The translations under genes were made by a program, and so were the position numbers. The notes below the pieces were generated by a model. It had not been told where the DNA came from. It searched no databases and was given only the letters and a program-made list of their open reading frames with translations. A stretch of 64,000 bases of DNA from Octopus vulgaris (lineage: Eukaryota): positions 91,884,001 to 91,948,000 of the forward strand of contig OX597823.1 of assembly GCA_951406725.2 (NCBI GenBank). The letters are read 5' to 3'. This document shows positions 44,900 to 58,786 of the stretch, in pieces; position 1 is the first letter of the stretch, and every line of letters begins with the position of its first letter.

Positions 44900-45835
44900 C
44901 GACGAAGATTTTGACACCTCATGATCTGGAGAAACGAACAGAGGACCAAGAGTATGCAAGTCCTTCGTAAACGACTCTAACTGATAATCAGAGTTTCAAT
45001 TCCTCAATTTACAGTTATATGTTAACGAGGATTGCCTCGTTGCTTTGTTAAGAGAAGTGTGGAGGATAATCCTTGTTGCAAGGCCTTTAACATAACAGGA
45101 CGAGTTGATATCAATCCCAGAGCATCTGTCAGGTATGTCCACAAAGGTGGCTACTATGGCAGAGCAGCAACAAACAAGTTGCTTCTTCGACCAGCTAATT
45201 TTAAGCAGAGAAAAGATTGCGCCAGTGAGATGTTGAAGACACTGGCATCCTGGGACACTGTTATACTCTCTGATAAATCCAGATTTGCTGTATTCTCTGA
45301 CAGTGGTCGGGTTTGGGTCTGGAGACTGGGATCAAGAGTTTGAAGTGAAAAGATTGCAGCCAACAATGAAACGCTGTAGCTGTTCTGTGATGGTTTGGGG
45401 AGCAATTTCGAGCAATGGTCAATCAGAGCTGGTGGAGTGTGAGGGAAATATATACTCAGATAAATATGTGTACATATTGCAGAAAGGACTCCTAATCTTC
45501 TGCAGTGATGATATAATTAAAGTAGGCTCTCTATTTATAACATCTTGTCGCATGGCTAAAAATACCCGAGATTGTTTGGAAGAAAATGGCATCGAAAGGC
45601 TTCCATGGCCGAGCCAGCTACAATATATGAACCCTATTGAAAGTCTCTGGGGAATAATGGACAAGACACTTTGTAAAAAGAACAAGGAAACATCCCCCAA
45701 GCCATACCTTTTGAGATGACTGCATGAAACTTGGCAAGGAATTCTTCGAGAGAATATTCATCATTTGATCAGTAACATGCCTAACAGGTTCCTGGAATTG
45801 AAAAAGGCAAAAAGCACGTCTACTAGATATTAAAT
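44900..45835 (+). mobile_element. Degenerate Tc1-family transposase (second family)
   Basis: WDTVILSDKSRF, VWVWR, PTMK..SVMVWGAIS, WPSQLQYMNPIESLWG. Confidence 0.85.
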
Positions 45836-46799
45836 ATTCACATTATAACGATTTATAAATAATTTGAATGTATAATTCTAGATTTAAATAAATTTTAACG
45901 ATTATAAGGTATCTATTTACTTGTCATGATTGTGTGTATATACGTATATATATACCTACATAATACATGTGTGTGTGTGTGTGTGTTTGTATGTATATAG
46001 ATATACATACGAATATGTATGCATAGGGAATCGTTAATGGCGTCGAAGCTAAAAGTGTAAATTAAGTATTCTTTATCTACCGGAACAAATTTGTTTTCAT
46101 TGCATTAATTTTTTTTCTTTTTAATTCGAAATAGTTTCTGTAGTCCTATCTCATCAACGTCGGAGAATTTCGTTGTGGAAAGTGAAAATAAAAAAAATTG
46201 GAATCATTTCTTCTCTACCTCACATCCTTTCCTGTCCGCACGCACACACACCTACACTCACCTGCACTTATATAAATGTATTTATCTGGATATATGCTTA
46301 ATTTTGCGAAAACAAATTATCACAATTGACATAACGTTGATTTTTACAAGGCAAGGTTATGATCTATCTCTTCTTCTTTCGTCATATCATCACGTATATT
46401 CTATATTACTTTATGAATATGTATAAAAAGAATAATTACAACACTTAACAACAGCGCTTAAATATAAGAGATGCAGGCGTGGTTGTGTAGTAGGAAGCTT
46501 GCTTTCTAATCACAGAGTTATGGGTTTAATCCCACAGCGTCGCACCTAGGGTGAGTGTCTTCTACTATTGCTTCGAGTTGATTTGGTAGAAGAGAACTGA
46601 AAAAAGCCCGTGGTATATATATATATATATATATATATCCATAAACATATGTACAGAAACACACGAATGCGCATCACACAGGTACATAGAGCATACACGC
46701 GCGCATGCGCGCACACCCACCCACCCACACACAAACACACGTAATTGGTCGCTTGGTTGTAAATTAATTAATAGATAGAAATATTTAGAGATGAAAAGT

Positions 46800-47682
46800 A
46801 ATTCCCGAGAAAGCGGGGCTTATCCCTTGGTTCCGCTCTCATAATTGTTTCGCTAATCCAATAACAGCAATACAAAAAGTATGTAGCCCTTAAACCGGTT
46901 TTTGTGCAGTTACAGAGTATACCGAACTGTCTTACACAGGATCTTGTTTATAGGAATTCCCAGTAAGTTATGAATACCCATATTGTGAAGTCACTTATGT
47001 AATAACATGAAATTAGTTACCCGATAGAAAGAATTCAAATAAAGTAGCCCTGAAAAGGGCTTTAATGCGTTCCCAGAGTATATAGAACTTAGGAGGTAAT
47101 ACTAATAAGGTATGTATACTAAAATCGTGAAGCATATTACGTAAAAACAGGCTAATTAGATATGGGATAATGTCAATTCAAAGTAAATAATTCTGAAAAG
47201 GGATTTTGTTCGCTCCCAGAGAATATTACTCTCAGTAGTGCTAGTGTTGGTATATTCGTGAATAAGTCACCAACCGAAATAAGTGGATCTATTGTTTAGA
47301 AAAATACTATTTACTTGTTTAAAGGTTGTACTAGATAAATTGCGAACATATCTCTAACAATTCATATACTAAGAAATAAGCGCACCCAATTTCATTTTTA
47401 CCAAATAATTTAGGAAAATTATTGGGTTATTTCCATTGGCTGTTAAAATTTGGGTGAATGGGTTATTTCCCTTCGCTGTTAAAATGAAATATATTAGATA
47501 TATATAAGGATCTCTTCCATGTGCCCTATTGTCGACTTTTTCAACAATCCGAGTGTGCCATGAGATTTCCAGACATGAGTTCTACTCATGTGTCAAGTTC
47601 CATCAAAGTCGATAAAACGATGTAGCAGAAGTTAGTTAACAATTCTACAAACACACCAACAGACAGAATTCCCCCCCCCCCC

Positions 47683-47690
<8 letters not shown>
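46800..47690 (-). mobile_element. Probable non-autonomous Helitron/Helentron-type element with degenerate internal tandem units
   Basis: Three diverged ~140-170-bp units (tagccctgaaaaggg..cccagag) and a duplicated gggttatttcc..gctgttaaaat. Terminal acagacagaatt next to (TA)n. Confidence 0.4.
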
Positions 47691-47714
<24 letters not shown>

Positions 47715-47726
<12 letters not shown>

Positions 47727-48664
47727 AACTGAGAACGTGTGCCTATCTGTCTGTGTGAATCCCTAAAACGTGAGAACTACCCAACCAATTTCATTCAAAT
47801 TTTACACATGCCTTACTTAGGGTCCATGGAGTGTCAGGGGCAAAGCTCTGGGCGACATGGGTTGGGTTGGGTTAAACTCGTACACCAATACACATATAAA
47901 CGCGTATATGTTTGTATGTGAATGTTTTTATGTGTGTGCGTGTATGGATGTGCGTGTGTGTGTGTGCGTGTGTGCGTGTATCTGAGTGTATGGTCAGGGC
48001 ACTTTCCTGTGCTACTGGTAACAAGTAAGCCAGTACAACCTGTTGCATGGTCGGGTCTTCGGCGACTAAACCGGCAACCACACCAGGCTTGCTTGGTGAG
48101 GAGGGTGTTTATTGGACACGCTGCGGGATGAAAAACAAAACCCGTCAAAGGACGGAGGAACTCTTGAGAGTCAACGGCCATCCAATAAATGTCTTAGGGC
48201 TGTATTGTGCGCGGGGACATAGAAATAATCGGACTGAATACCCGATCGCGAGGTTAAACCATTGGGAGTGAAGGACTCCTAACGTTTGTTAGGGCATCCT
48301 TCTAGGAGAAGGTAACTCAGGTAACTGGGATAACTCCGACATAAAACCTGCTGCTCAGTGGATACCGATGATGTTGACTTGTTCTTCTAATCGGATTATG
48401 GCTGCTATTGCTTAGTGAGTCGGATTGACTCAGTGCACAGCCTTTCTTCACTTTAAAAACAATCTTCTTGCACAGGCATTGCACGATAACAACATTGATT
48501 AAGCTTGTGCAATGGCCATACTCGATAACGAGAGGGCAGCCACCATGTACATGTATGTGTCTGCACGTATGTATGTGTATGCGTGTATGTGCGTGCGTGT
48601 ACGTGTGTGTACGTATGTATGTGTATATGTGTATGTATGTTATGTATGTAAGTGTATGTGTATG

Positions 48665-48696
<32 letters not shown>

Positions 48697-49591
48697 TGTA
48701 TGTATGTATGTATGTATGAATGAATGTATGAATATGTATGTTTGTGTATGTATATATGTGTATGTATGTATGTTCAATCTCACGTACACATATGCAGCAG
48801 CGTTTTAGTCAACGAAAATTTGAAATACGAAAACATCCAAGACGAACTTGTTTTGCGAACAACGAAAGAAACAAGACAGGCAACATAAGAAAAGCTTTCC
48901 AGTTATCGGCTCTTTTATCGCCTCCGCATTTCGACATAATGCGTCTTCGTCTCAAACTGTTTCTCCCGTTACGGTTAAAATAAATTAGAGATTTTTGTTT
49001 TACTTCTTTCAGCCATGCTGGAGCAACGCCTTTAGTCGAGCAAATCGACTCCAGGACTTATTCTATGTAAGCCTAGTACTTATTCTATTCGTCACTTTTG
49101 CCGAACGTTACGGCGTGTAAAACACACCAGCATCGGTTGTCAAGCGATATTGAGGGGACAAACACTGACACACAATATATGCACTCCCTCCACACCTATT
49201 TCAAAGAAATTCAAACAATAGATATAAGACCCAAGTTAAAAAGATTCTCAACAATTCACCTTCTCTGGTTGACATTAAGATGTCCACCCCCAACAGGGGC
49301 CTTAACTCTCACATTTTAGAGCTCCATGACCTTCATTTTTCAGGAGCAAAATCTTTTTAACAATTTCAATACGACTGGAATTTTGGAATATACACATAAA
49401 AATCATTAGTATGGGATATATGAGGCACGATTACAATTTTTTGGGGCTGTGTAAAGAGGGGAAAAACACTCATCTGGAATTTTGATGAAATTCGAAACAT
49501 GGATATATTCCAGTTCATTACAGAAAATATAACAGAAAAGCCTAATTCTTCAAGTGTATGTAACACGGGTAACGCCAGGTATCTCTGCTAG
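47715..49591 (+). mobile_element. Non-autonomous Helitron-like ends (5' ~47715-47840, 3' ~49185-49591) with nested insertions between
   Basis: The 5' atataaaactgag..tctgtctgtgtg resembles the start at 3140. The 3' end is acgggtaacgccaggtatctctgCTAG|t. Whether both ends belong to one copy is uncertain. Confidence 0.5.
47992..48505 (+). mobile_element. RTE-type LINE 5'UTR fragment beginning with an HDV-like ribozyme fold
   Basis: GC-rich block containing agggcatccttctaggagaaggtaactc, typical of RTE 5'UTRs. Nested double-pseudoknot pattern at 47992-48074. Confidence 0.55.
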
Positions 49592-49619
49592 TATATAATA
49601 TATATATATATATATATTC

Positions 49620-49832
49620 AAAATGTGATCGCGTGTGTATCGTTGGCGATTTGTTTCCTCCGTCTTCCGTTCCTTGGATCTATCCTTTTCCTATGTTTCT
49701 GACGAAGAGCTCCGGTCGAAACGTTAATCCTCTTTCTTTCGTTCCTTTCCTGAGCGTCCAATAACACTATACTTGTTCCACGTCCTCGCGTTGTAATGTT
49801 TTCTCTTTGTGTTTTCATGTGTGGTTCAACTT
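49620..49832 (+). mobile_element. Solo Penelope-like terminal element with minimal HHR, in (TA)n
   Basis: gttt-CTGACGA-agagctccggtc-GAAACGTTA at ~49695-49727. Its 3' part is also present inverted at 13993-14063. Confidence 0.7.
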
Positions 49833-49877
<45 letters not shown>

Positions 49878-50862
49878 CTTCAAATTTAAAGAAATCCGCT
49901 GGGTATATTTATATAAATATATCTATAACTGTGTGGGTTTATGTTTGTTTGTATGTCCCACCGCCACTTGACAGTATCTCCCTGTTCTTATAGTTAGCTG
50001 TTTGGCAAAAGCAACCGATAGAATAAGCACCAGGTTTACGATAACAAAGCTAGTACTGGTGTCGACTCGTTCGACTACAACATTCTTTGAGGCGATGTGT
50101 TCTGTCTCCTTAACGTAGCGGTTTGATAAAAGAAACCGATAGCATAATTACCAGTCTTCGAAAAATATGGCCGAGATATATTCATTCGATGAAAAATAAC
50201 CCGTCAACGCGGTGCGTCAGCGTGACCGGAGTCTCATGACTGAAACAAACAAGACAAATAGATGGAAGATGTTATGCAATGATCGTCTGGTCCGTTTGAT
50301 AAAATAAATAACAAAAAGATGGAGCAATCATTGCCCTAATGTACTGGAATATATCCAATACGTTCGATAAGTTTTAAACGACGATGTGTGTTTGCTCCTG
50401 CTTCATTTTGTCAAGCCACAAAAATTCGAAACTTTAAGACACATAGATATAACTAGATATCTTCGAAAAATCTACTTCGCATATAATACAGAGCTACGTG
50501 TATAAATCCCGCCATTTTGTTTAAAATGTAGGAAGTTAGATATTTTCAACGTGAAAACTTACAATATCTTATCCGTAAATCTACAAGGTGGTGTGGGAGG
50601 AATAAATAGATTAATTTTAACACTAGTTATGGTATTAGATGCGATTACGAAAATCTGATGTTCCAAGGATAGAAATCATAGAATCGGTTTCACAAATAAT
50701 TAATTTAAATGAAATTAGTCATCATATAAATAATTAAATTAAGGTAAAAGGAGGGGTTACATGATTTAAATATTTTGAAGTATTTATATATTTGTGTTCT
50801 GTTTATTTAACCAACTTTATAATTAACATAATTAGTTGCTGATTAATCTAGTACCATTTACT

Positions 50863-50944
<82 letters not shown>

Positions 50945-50966
50945 GATCTATCTATCTTTCTATCTA

Positions 50967-51015
<49 letters not shown>

Positions 51016-51039
51016 ATGTATGTCTGCCTATCTGGCCAT

Positions 51040-52930
51040 GTGAACGAGAATGGGCCCCAACTTTGCGAACCTGTTCGTTGGTTACGTTGAAGCCCAAATA
51101 TTCTCAAGTTTCACTGGTCCCACTCATGAACTATACGACTCTGTCGGTGCGACCTCACTTTCCCACGAAAATCTAGACTCTTTCCTCTCTTTTGAAAAAT
51201 CCTTCCATCCTGCCCTCCACTTTTCCTGCTCTATCTCTGACACCTCTGTCTCCTTTCTTGACATTTCGGTCAGCATTCATCGCTCCACTCTCACCTACTA
51301 CATCCACTACAAATACACAGATTCACACTCATACTTCAACTACTCTTCCTCCCACCCTAGACACACCAAACTTACCCCTATTCCCAATTCCTCCGTCTAC
51401 ACAGGCTCTGTAGTGACGACCATGACTTTGAAACTCAGTCTCAACTCAAGGCTCGCCACTTCATCCTACGTGGATATCCCCTCACTTCTATCCACACCGC
51501 CCTTTTCAGAACACGTGCTGTGGACCGTGCATCTGCTCTCTCCACCCGTACCCACCCTGCCGTCTCCCGCCTCCCGTTTCCCCTCACCTACTACCATACT
51601 ACCCTACCTCTCCAACGCACCATTCTCCGAACCTTCCGGCGACTCCAGTCCGACCCCTCCACTTCGCACATCTTCCCTAATCGACCCCTCCCCCCTTCAA
51701 ACGAGCTCATAACCTACGAGACCTCTTGGTCCATAGCTTTTTCCCTAACCCAACCTCCCAACCCAGCTCGTTCCCCTGCTCCCAACCCAGCTCGTTCCCC
51801 TGCTCCCACCCACGCTGCCGCACTTGTCCTTTCCTCTCCAACACCACCCTCTCACCGGCACCCATCATCGATCCTATCACATCACCGACTCCTTCACCTG
51901 CACTTCTACCAATGTCATCTACTGTATCACCTGATCTCTCTGTCCTTCTCTATAAATCGGGAAAACAGGACACCGCTTGGCCGACCGGTGTGCGGAACAC
52001 CTCCGACTCAGCAATGAAACCCCAGTCTCGCACCATTTCCGCTCTACCGGTCACTGTTTGCAACACCTGTCCGTGTTCGGATTGCCCTTGCACAGGGTCA
52101 CCTGAACTGCCGTTTGCGCTGTGAACAGTTATTAATCTTCTCTCTTCGCTCTTTTGCGCCACATATGCTCAACTCTCCTCCTATCTTCATCTAACTTCCT
52201 CTCCTCGCTTCTCTCCCCCTCACAGCTACTTCCTCTCCCCTACACTTCTCCTCTCTTGCTCCGACTCCTACTTCTTCTCTTCACTCCTACTTACCTTCTC
52301 CTTTCCCCTTCATCGTCACCCCTCCCGGCCCTACAAATTCCAACCCCAACTTCCCTATCCTTCCCATCCCACTCCACCCTATCCCGTACACCAACTCCCA
52401 CAAACCCTACCTCTACTCCTATCCTCAGCCTAACCCCCACCCCCACCCTTGCTTTCCCCACACTCGCCTCCCCCACCTCCCGACACCATCACACCACACA
52501 ACACACCACTACACCATACTATACAACACACCACATCACATCACACTACCACGTACTCACTAGGACTGACCACTTCCCAGCCCCACGTTTTCACATCTGC
52601 ACATACACACACGCACACTTCAAGGTCACCAGCCTTCTTCCACACGCACATACATACTCTCTTATATACACGCACACACACCTTCGTTTTGGGATCATCA
52701 CTACTTTGTTATTTCCCCTTCTTCCTTGCCCTTCTGTGTGACCTTTCTGTCCGGTATTCACCATGATAGATCGCTATCCATTACACATTCTTTATTTTCT
52801 ATCCTCGTTTCTTTCTGTGTTCCTTTCTGTGGAAAAGCGTAGGTTCGAAGCGTTAAAGAATTCTTCCCTTCCGAGCTTTATACTAATACATCTGTGTGTT
52901 GTCTACCCCACCTGTCTTCGTCTTTAGTTT
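51040..52930 (+). mobile_element. 5'-truncated Penelope-like element: RT C-half, GIY-YIG endonuclease and 3' tail with degraded HHR
   Basis: [77 protein letters not shown]. Frameshifted, and the YIDD segment is deleted. Confidence 0.9.
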
Positions 52931-53960
52931 TTTGAGCTGAGAACGTAGCGGCAGACGAAATACTGCTAAGCATTTCGCCCGACGAGCTAACGATTCTTCC
53001 AACTCGCCACCGTCACATTATAATGTGATGGTTGGCGATAACCTTCCAATAACATCTCTAAATATGTATTGATGATTGTTCAGTCATGATGATCCCATTT
53101 TCAAATGTATTTTCATATCTCCACCCTTCGTTTTAACACGTAACATATAACGTGAGTGAGGTAAAACGTTTGTAAACTTGGTAACTGAAACATCTATATC
53201 AATTGAAACACTCTTGTTGCAAGAATGATGAAATATTCCTTTACGCTTCCAAATATTCAACGATTCAAAGCATGTCCTCACCTGAGCCACAGGTATAGAC
53301 TTTAGAATAATAGGCAGAATATGCTGGAGATAACCTAAGAGCATCAACGTGTCCAATTCCTTTGTTTGTCTTACTTTTGAGATCTTCTGCTATACGGCTT
53401 ACAACATCTAATATAATTCTGTAAGAGAGTTTCAACTAGATTTTTACTGATACTTATTTAATCGACCCCGATAGGATGAAAGGCAAAATCAACCTCGACA
53501 GAATTTGAACTCAGTATTGAACTCAATATTGGCAACGCTCAAACGCTTTGCCAATATTGCACTCATGACAGTCATAGTGTTCAAGATGGAACAATATCTA
53601 AAAGCACAATATGTAATCTTTCCAACTGTGGCAAATTTTCAGGAATTCAAGATGGGGGAAACGAAATACAATTCTGTTTCAGAGAAGCAGTTAAAAAATT
53701 ATGCTGATCAAAATAGCTTTACCTGTTCACCGGATACATCAAAGGCATGATTTTCTCCTGGTTCAGATCTAATCAATTTTTTTATTCTTGGATAAACTTA
53801 TAAAGTGAAGCAAACATGGATTCAACTTGGTGGGGAAACCATTCCAGTTGATGAAGAATCTTTGGATTCTGATACCCGTTGGCAGTTCTTACAGGCTCAC
53901 AGAGTACACTGTCCATGATCCGAAGCTTCCTTGAACTCGCTGCATTATTGTACATAGTAA

Positions 53961-54165
53961 GGTGGTGGGCTGGCAGAATCGTTAGCACAAAGTATCTAGC
54001 GGTATTTCGGCCGTCACTACGTTCTGAGTTCAAATTCCACCGAGGTCGACTCTGCCTTTCATCCTTTCGAGGTCGATAAATTAAATACCAGTGAAATTCT
54101 GGGGTCGATGTAATCGACTAGTCCCCTCCCCCAAATCTTCAGGCCTTGTGCCTATAATAGAAAGG
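53961..54165 (+). mobile_element. SINE family A
   Basis: Full consensus match. Further copies at 52935-53012(-), 53450-53515(-) and 55215-55410(+). Confidence 0.88.
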
Positions 54166-54262
54166 TTTATTGTATATAGTTGTGCTATACTCCAAGTGAA
54201 GCATTAGCTTCTTCTTGTACTAGAAAGAGTAGGGCTTTCTATTTTATTGATTTTATATAGTG

Positions 54263-54578
54263 AGGGCTCGTGGCTTCATGTTTAAGGTATTCGACTTACG
54301 ATCGTAAGGTCGCGAGTTAGATTCCAAGCAACCCGTTCTGTCCTTTAGCCATACACTTTATTGTCATGTTCACTCAGCAGAGAAACAAAAATAGTTGTAT
54401 TTGTAAATCAAAGGATCAGCCTTGTCATATTCTATGTTTCGCTGAATCTCCTAGAGAACTACATCAAGGGCGCCCATGTCTACGGAGTACTCAGCCATTT
54501 GAACGTTGATTACAGAAGCACACCGGTCTGTAAATCGGAACAGCCGGAACACTTGTCGTCGCAACCGACGGTGTGCCA
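54263..54578 (+). mobile_element. SINE family B
   Basis: tRNA-Arg(ACG)-like head (cttacgatcgtaaggtcg) and family tail. Further copies at 55430-55718, 57458-57560 and 60579-60872. Confidence 0.8.
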
Positions 54579-57407
54579 GTATTGATTTTGAAATGATTCC
54601 AAATTATGTGGATAACTGGCTGGCGAATAAACTCAAACATATTCTAAAAGAGCTCCTCAGCATGTTTAGAGTACTTGAAACTCGAACCTCTTTGAAGATC
54701 CTCTTCTGGTCGGCAATAGTTCCTAAGAAACATCTTCTCGAGTGAGCGTCACATTGCGATGCAGACTTGGTTAGATTATACAATGTTGTTTAGTTCTAAC
54801 AGACTCAAATATATGCAAAGTTTGTTTCTTACCTTCAAAGAAAGATCTGGCTATTCTACTCTCAGCAAGTAAATTAACTTTAAGAAATTAATTCTGTTTT
54901 CCCGAAGTGATCTTCGCTTACATTTAAGAGAGTCTAACTATCACCACCAGGTTTTCGCTTCGTTTCTGCAGCAATAAAGATATTTCAATTAATTAAGAAC
55001 AGTTTTGCTTAAAGCATTTGGTACATCACAAATCATAGTAATTTATGACTGGCAACTTATTGGTTCAAGATATATACATAAATAATTAATTAGTGAAAAG
55101 CAATTAGATTCGAAATCTACACTGTCTATTGTTGCTCTTGATGATCATGATGAAGATGCTAAGGATGATGTAATGGTGGCTAAACGAGGCTATTGTTGTT
55201 GTTGTTGTTGTTGAGGCAGTGAACTGGCAGAATCATTAGCGCACCAGCGTTATGCGAGTCGTTAGGTTCTGAGTTCAAATTCCTGCGAGGTCGACTTTAC
55301 CTTTCTTCCTTTCGGAGTCGATAAGATAAGTGCCAGTTACACACTGGGGTTGATGTAATCGGCATAATCTCTCCTTTAGATTTGCTAGCCTTGTGCCAGA
55401 CTTTGAAACCATAATTATTACTATCGCAAGGCTCGCAGCCAAGAGGTGCATTGCGTTCTTGAGCAAGATCCTTTATTTTATGTTGATCGAGTGCATTCAG
55501 CTGGCGAAAATGAGTAGCACCCGTATGGCCGTAGTTTAATAACTGAAATAAAATATAGAAGATGAAAAAAGCATTGTCACATTGAATCGCCTTCAGAATT
55601 ACATTAAGGGTAGCCGTGTCTGTGGAGTACTCAGCCACTTGCACGTCAGTCTCACGAGCAGGCTGTTCCACTGATCAGGACAACTGGAACCCTCGTCGTA
55701 GTAAGCGACGGAGGGCCAGTTAATTATTATGCGTTAAGTTAGGGACAAAAAAAAATTGCATCCGTGACGTTACCAGGGCGAGAAAGAGGAAAGAAATCCT
55801 GCATCAGAAGACATCATCTCACCGTTTTGTGTTAGAATATGTGATATCAAAACTTGAACGGAGAAGACACTATTTTACAAATGTAACATGAAGCGGTTAT
55901 ATGAAACAGAGCGGTTACAGATACGTTAATGGCTGGCCATGACACCGTATTTGCTTTTTGTGATTGTAATGTATCACCAAGTATATTAAGCGTTTAAAAA
56001 TCAATACTGAGCCTATTTTGTGTTAGCAGTGCGATATAATCAGTTTTAATTTATATCTACAGATTTATTATATAGTTTAGAGGCAGCACGGAAAGGCTTA
56101 TCTTATACATAGATTTATTCATTTACAAAACGTCATAAATTTCAGCGCTGGCTTCAAATTCTACGGAAAATCTGTCGAGATACACTTAAAAGCGGCTACA
56201 GATATGAACTAAGCAGGAATTACTTGATTGTATGCTTGTTAAACACACGCCATACCAGCGCCCAGAATATAACTTATTCAGATATTTGCTCTTTTGTTAA
56301 AAATCAAAGAGAATATTACGGAACTTTGATAACGAGGATAATCCTGTATAGATTCTCATTTGTCATTTATTATTCATGAAACGATTGTGGATTTTCTAAT
56401 ATCGATATTTGCTTATTTTCAAATGATTATTTTGTTTTCGTTGATGCATTATCGAGTTCTTCTTTCCAAAGTTAGATGATATATATAATGAATTTTGCAA
56501 TTAATTAGCGGTATATATTCTGGAGAAAATTTCCAAAATATAGTAAGGTAGAATTTCAGTCGTCTTTTAGCCTTTCCAAAAAATAACAACAAACATTCGC
56601 CGGAAAATTCCACTGTGTTCGGAATGATTTACGAGAGGAGAACTTGCATCAATTACAATATGAAAATTACAATTTTAATAACTTAATGGCGGTGTTAACG
56701 ATTCCAATGGATTTGCTATCGAGAAGCAATACGAGCGAATGTAAATATTTCCTATTTGATGAATGGCAATATAATAAAATAATTAATCACTCGATTATTT
56801 TAAGCCAATATCCTGTTTGTGGATCCATAGAAGCAAGTTATGCCTCCCTTTTACTATCTGAAATTAGCGAAATTATTTCCATCTCTATTGTTCTTGCCAT
56901 ATAAAATATTGATAACGTTTATCTCGGGCTCAAGGCTTCACACCTCATCAGAAGCTCTAAACTGCCATTGTAGGCGTTGTATTCACGACCATTTTACCGT
57001 AACGTGAAACTCCACAAGAAAATAGGTTTCGTGCTGTGAAATTCCAGGTTACGGCAAAACTTTGAAGAGCACATTACTTCAGCAACACTGAATTGGCCCA
57101 GTCTACCGAACTGTGTTCCTTTATTTCGTATTTATTCCAGCTTATATCGGAAATGGTGAGCAATAGGCTTCTCTGGTTACAAGCGAGAGATCAATATTTC
57201 ACTGCTTTTCTGACAGTAAAACTAGCAAGGGAATTTTTGTAGAAGAAATATTGATGTCATACAAATGCTGTTATGAATTTCGTTCAAGATATAATAGTTT
57301 TTCAGTTTGCTGGAGTAAGTTTAGAACCATTGCCAATATCCATAGATCGAATACACATACGCGCACACACAAAATATAAACGAAGAAATATGCATACATA
57401 TATATCA

Positions 57408-57454
<47 letters not shown>

Positions 57455-58437
57455 TGAAGGTGCATGGTCTGGTGGTTACGATATTGCACTCACGATCGCT
57501 AGGTCGTAGGTTCGATTTCTAGATAAGGCAGAGCGCTTTCTTCTTGAGCAAAATGCTTCTTTTCGCGTTACTCGGCCTACTCAAGTATAGAGGGGTCACC
57601 CTACAACAGCCTAGCCTTTTCTTCAGGGGTAACGTTGGACTGCTCATCTAACAAGTGGGGTGGCATCACTCAAAAGCTAGAAAACGATGCTAAGCACGTT
57701 GTGACCAGTGATGTACAACATCCGATAATCTGGTCAATCACGTGAAATTTATATAAATACATACGCTGCGACTTCATCTACCCACAGCGTATTGATCAAA
57801 CGGAGCCAAGAATAAAAGCACAGAGCTTGGATTGAAATTGAACCCAGAACTTTGCAGTTGTGAAGCGTTGTTCTTAACCCCAATTTCATGAGTAAACCTA
57901 ATTAATAAAAACGTTTAGAATGTTATACAGCGTGTAAATCGCCGACAGTCTCGGTCGGCTTAAGAACATTAAACGATATGATTGTAGCGGTAGCTAGATA
58001 GTTGAATGATCTCCCTTGCAAGAAAGATCATAGAGTAACCTCCCTTTTCTACGTTTCTTGAAACATCTGTGTCATGAAACCTGATTCTTAATTATTCAAG
58101 AAGCTTAGCGTTTCTCTTGGAAGTTTCTAGAATGTCTAGCGATCCATTTATAAAATAGCTTGCTAAACCAGCTCTTCGCTTCCTAGTCGATTAGACTTAG
58201 AGCCATTCACGTCATTGCTATGTCCGTCTATTTCTCTATGCCACATGACTGAAAACCACCACTTAGCTGTTATTTCTACATTTTCTCTCTCTGAACTTTC
58301 TTGCATAGATTACTTCATTCAACTAGATTCTACATTTTGATTCCCTACATCATTGTCGACCAGTAAATAAAATATATTTTTATGTAGTAAATATAGGCGG
58401 TATTAGTAGTAGTTTCAAAGTTTGGCACAAGGCCAGC

Positions 58438-58786
58438 AAGCAGAAGTACTGGGGGAGCAACATAGCCATGTATTGAGAGGGATTCGTTGGGGTTTGAATA
58501 ATTCACCTCTGGAAACATGGGTGGTGTGTTCAACATCCTTAAACAACCCTTATTCAGGGATCTTTTGAGCGGGATGGGTTACTCGACCAGAAGAAAATTT
58601 TAACTGGGTCCCACCTGCAAGGTCATGCGCTGTTTATCTTAATATGAGATCACCATGTCGCACACATATGGTTGTAATGCATGTGCCTGGTGTACCCTTA
58701 TAAGACGGGTTGTCATGATGGGTATATTGGGCTTCGTATATTTTACCCAAGTGTCAATTTAATGTCATGCACTTCTCGCTCACTCA
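58438..58786. mobile_element. Family D (TAA)n-tailed retroposon, inverted relative to the 61428-62714 array
   Basis: Reverse complement of 62094-62440, ending ctcgctcactcact-(aat)n. Confidence 0.85.

Larger units (their letters stand above)
53084..54780 (-). pseudogene. Ancient RTE-like LINE remnant interrupted by SINEs
   Basis: DTLMLLGYLQHI...VAQVRT (RT-like), WKDYI and GENHAFDVSGEQVK (KAPG.DGI.AE-like) echoes. Confidence 0.3.

Noticed and set aside
52154-52766. Pro/Ser/Thr/His-rich ORFs
   Set aside because: Low-complexity C-rich Penelope 3' region.
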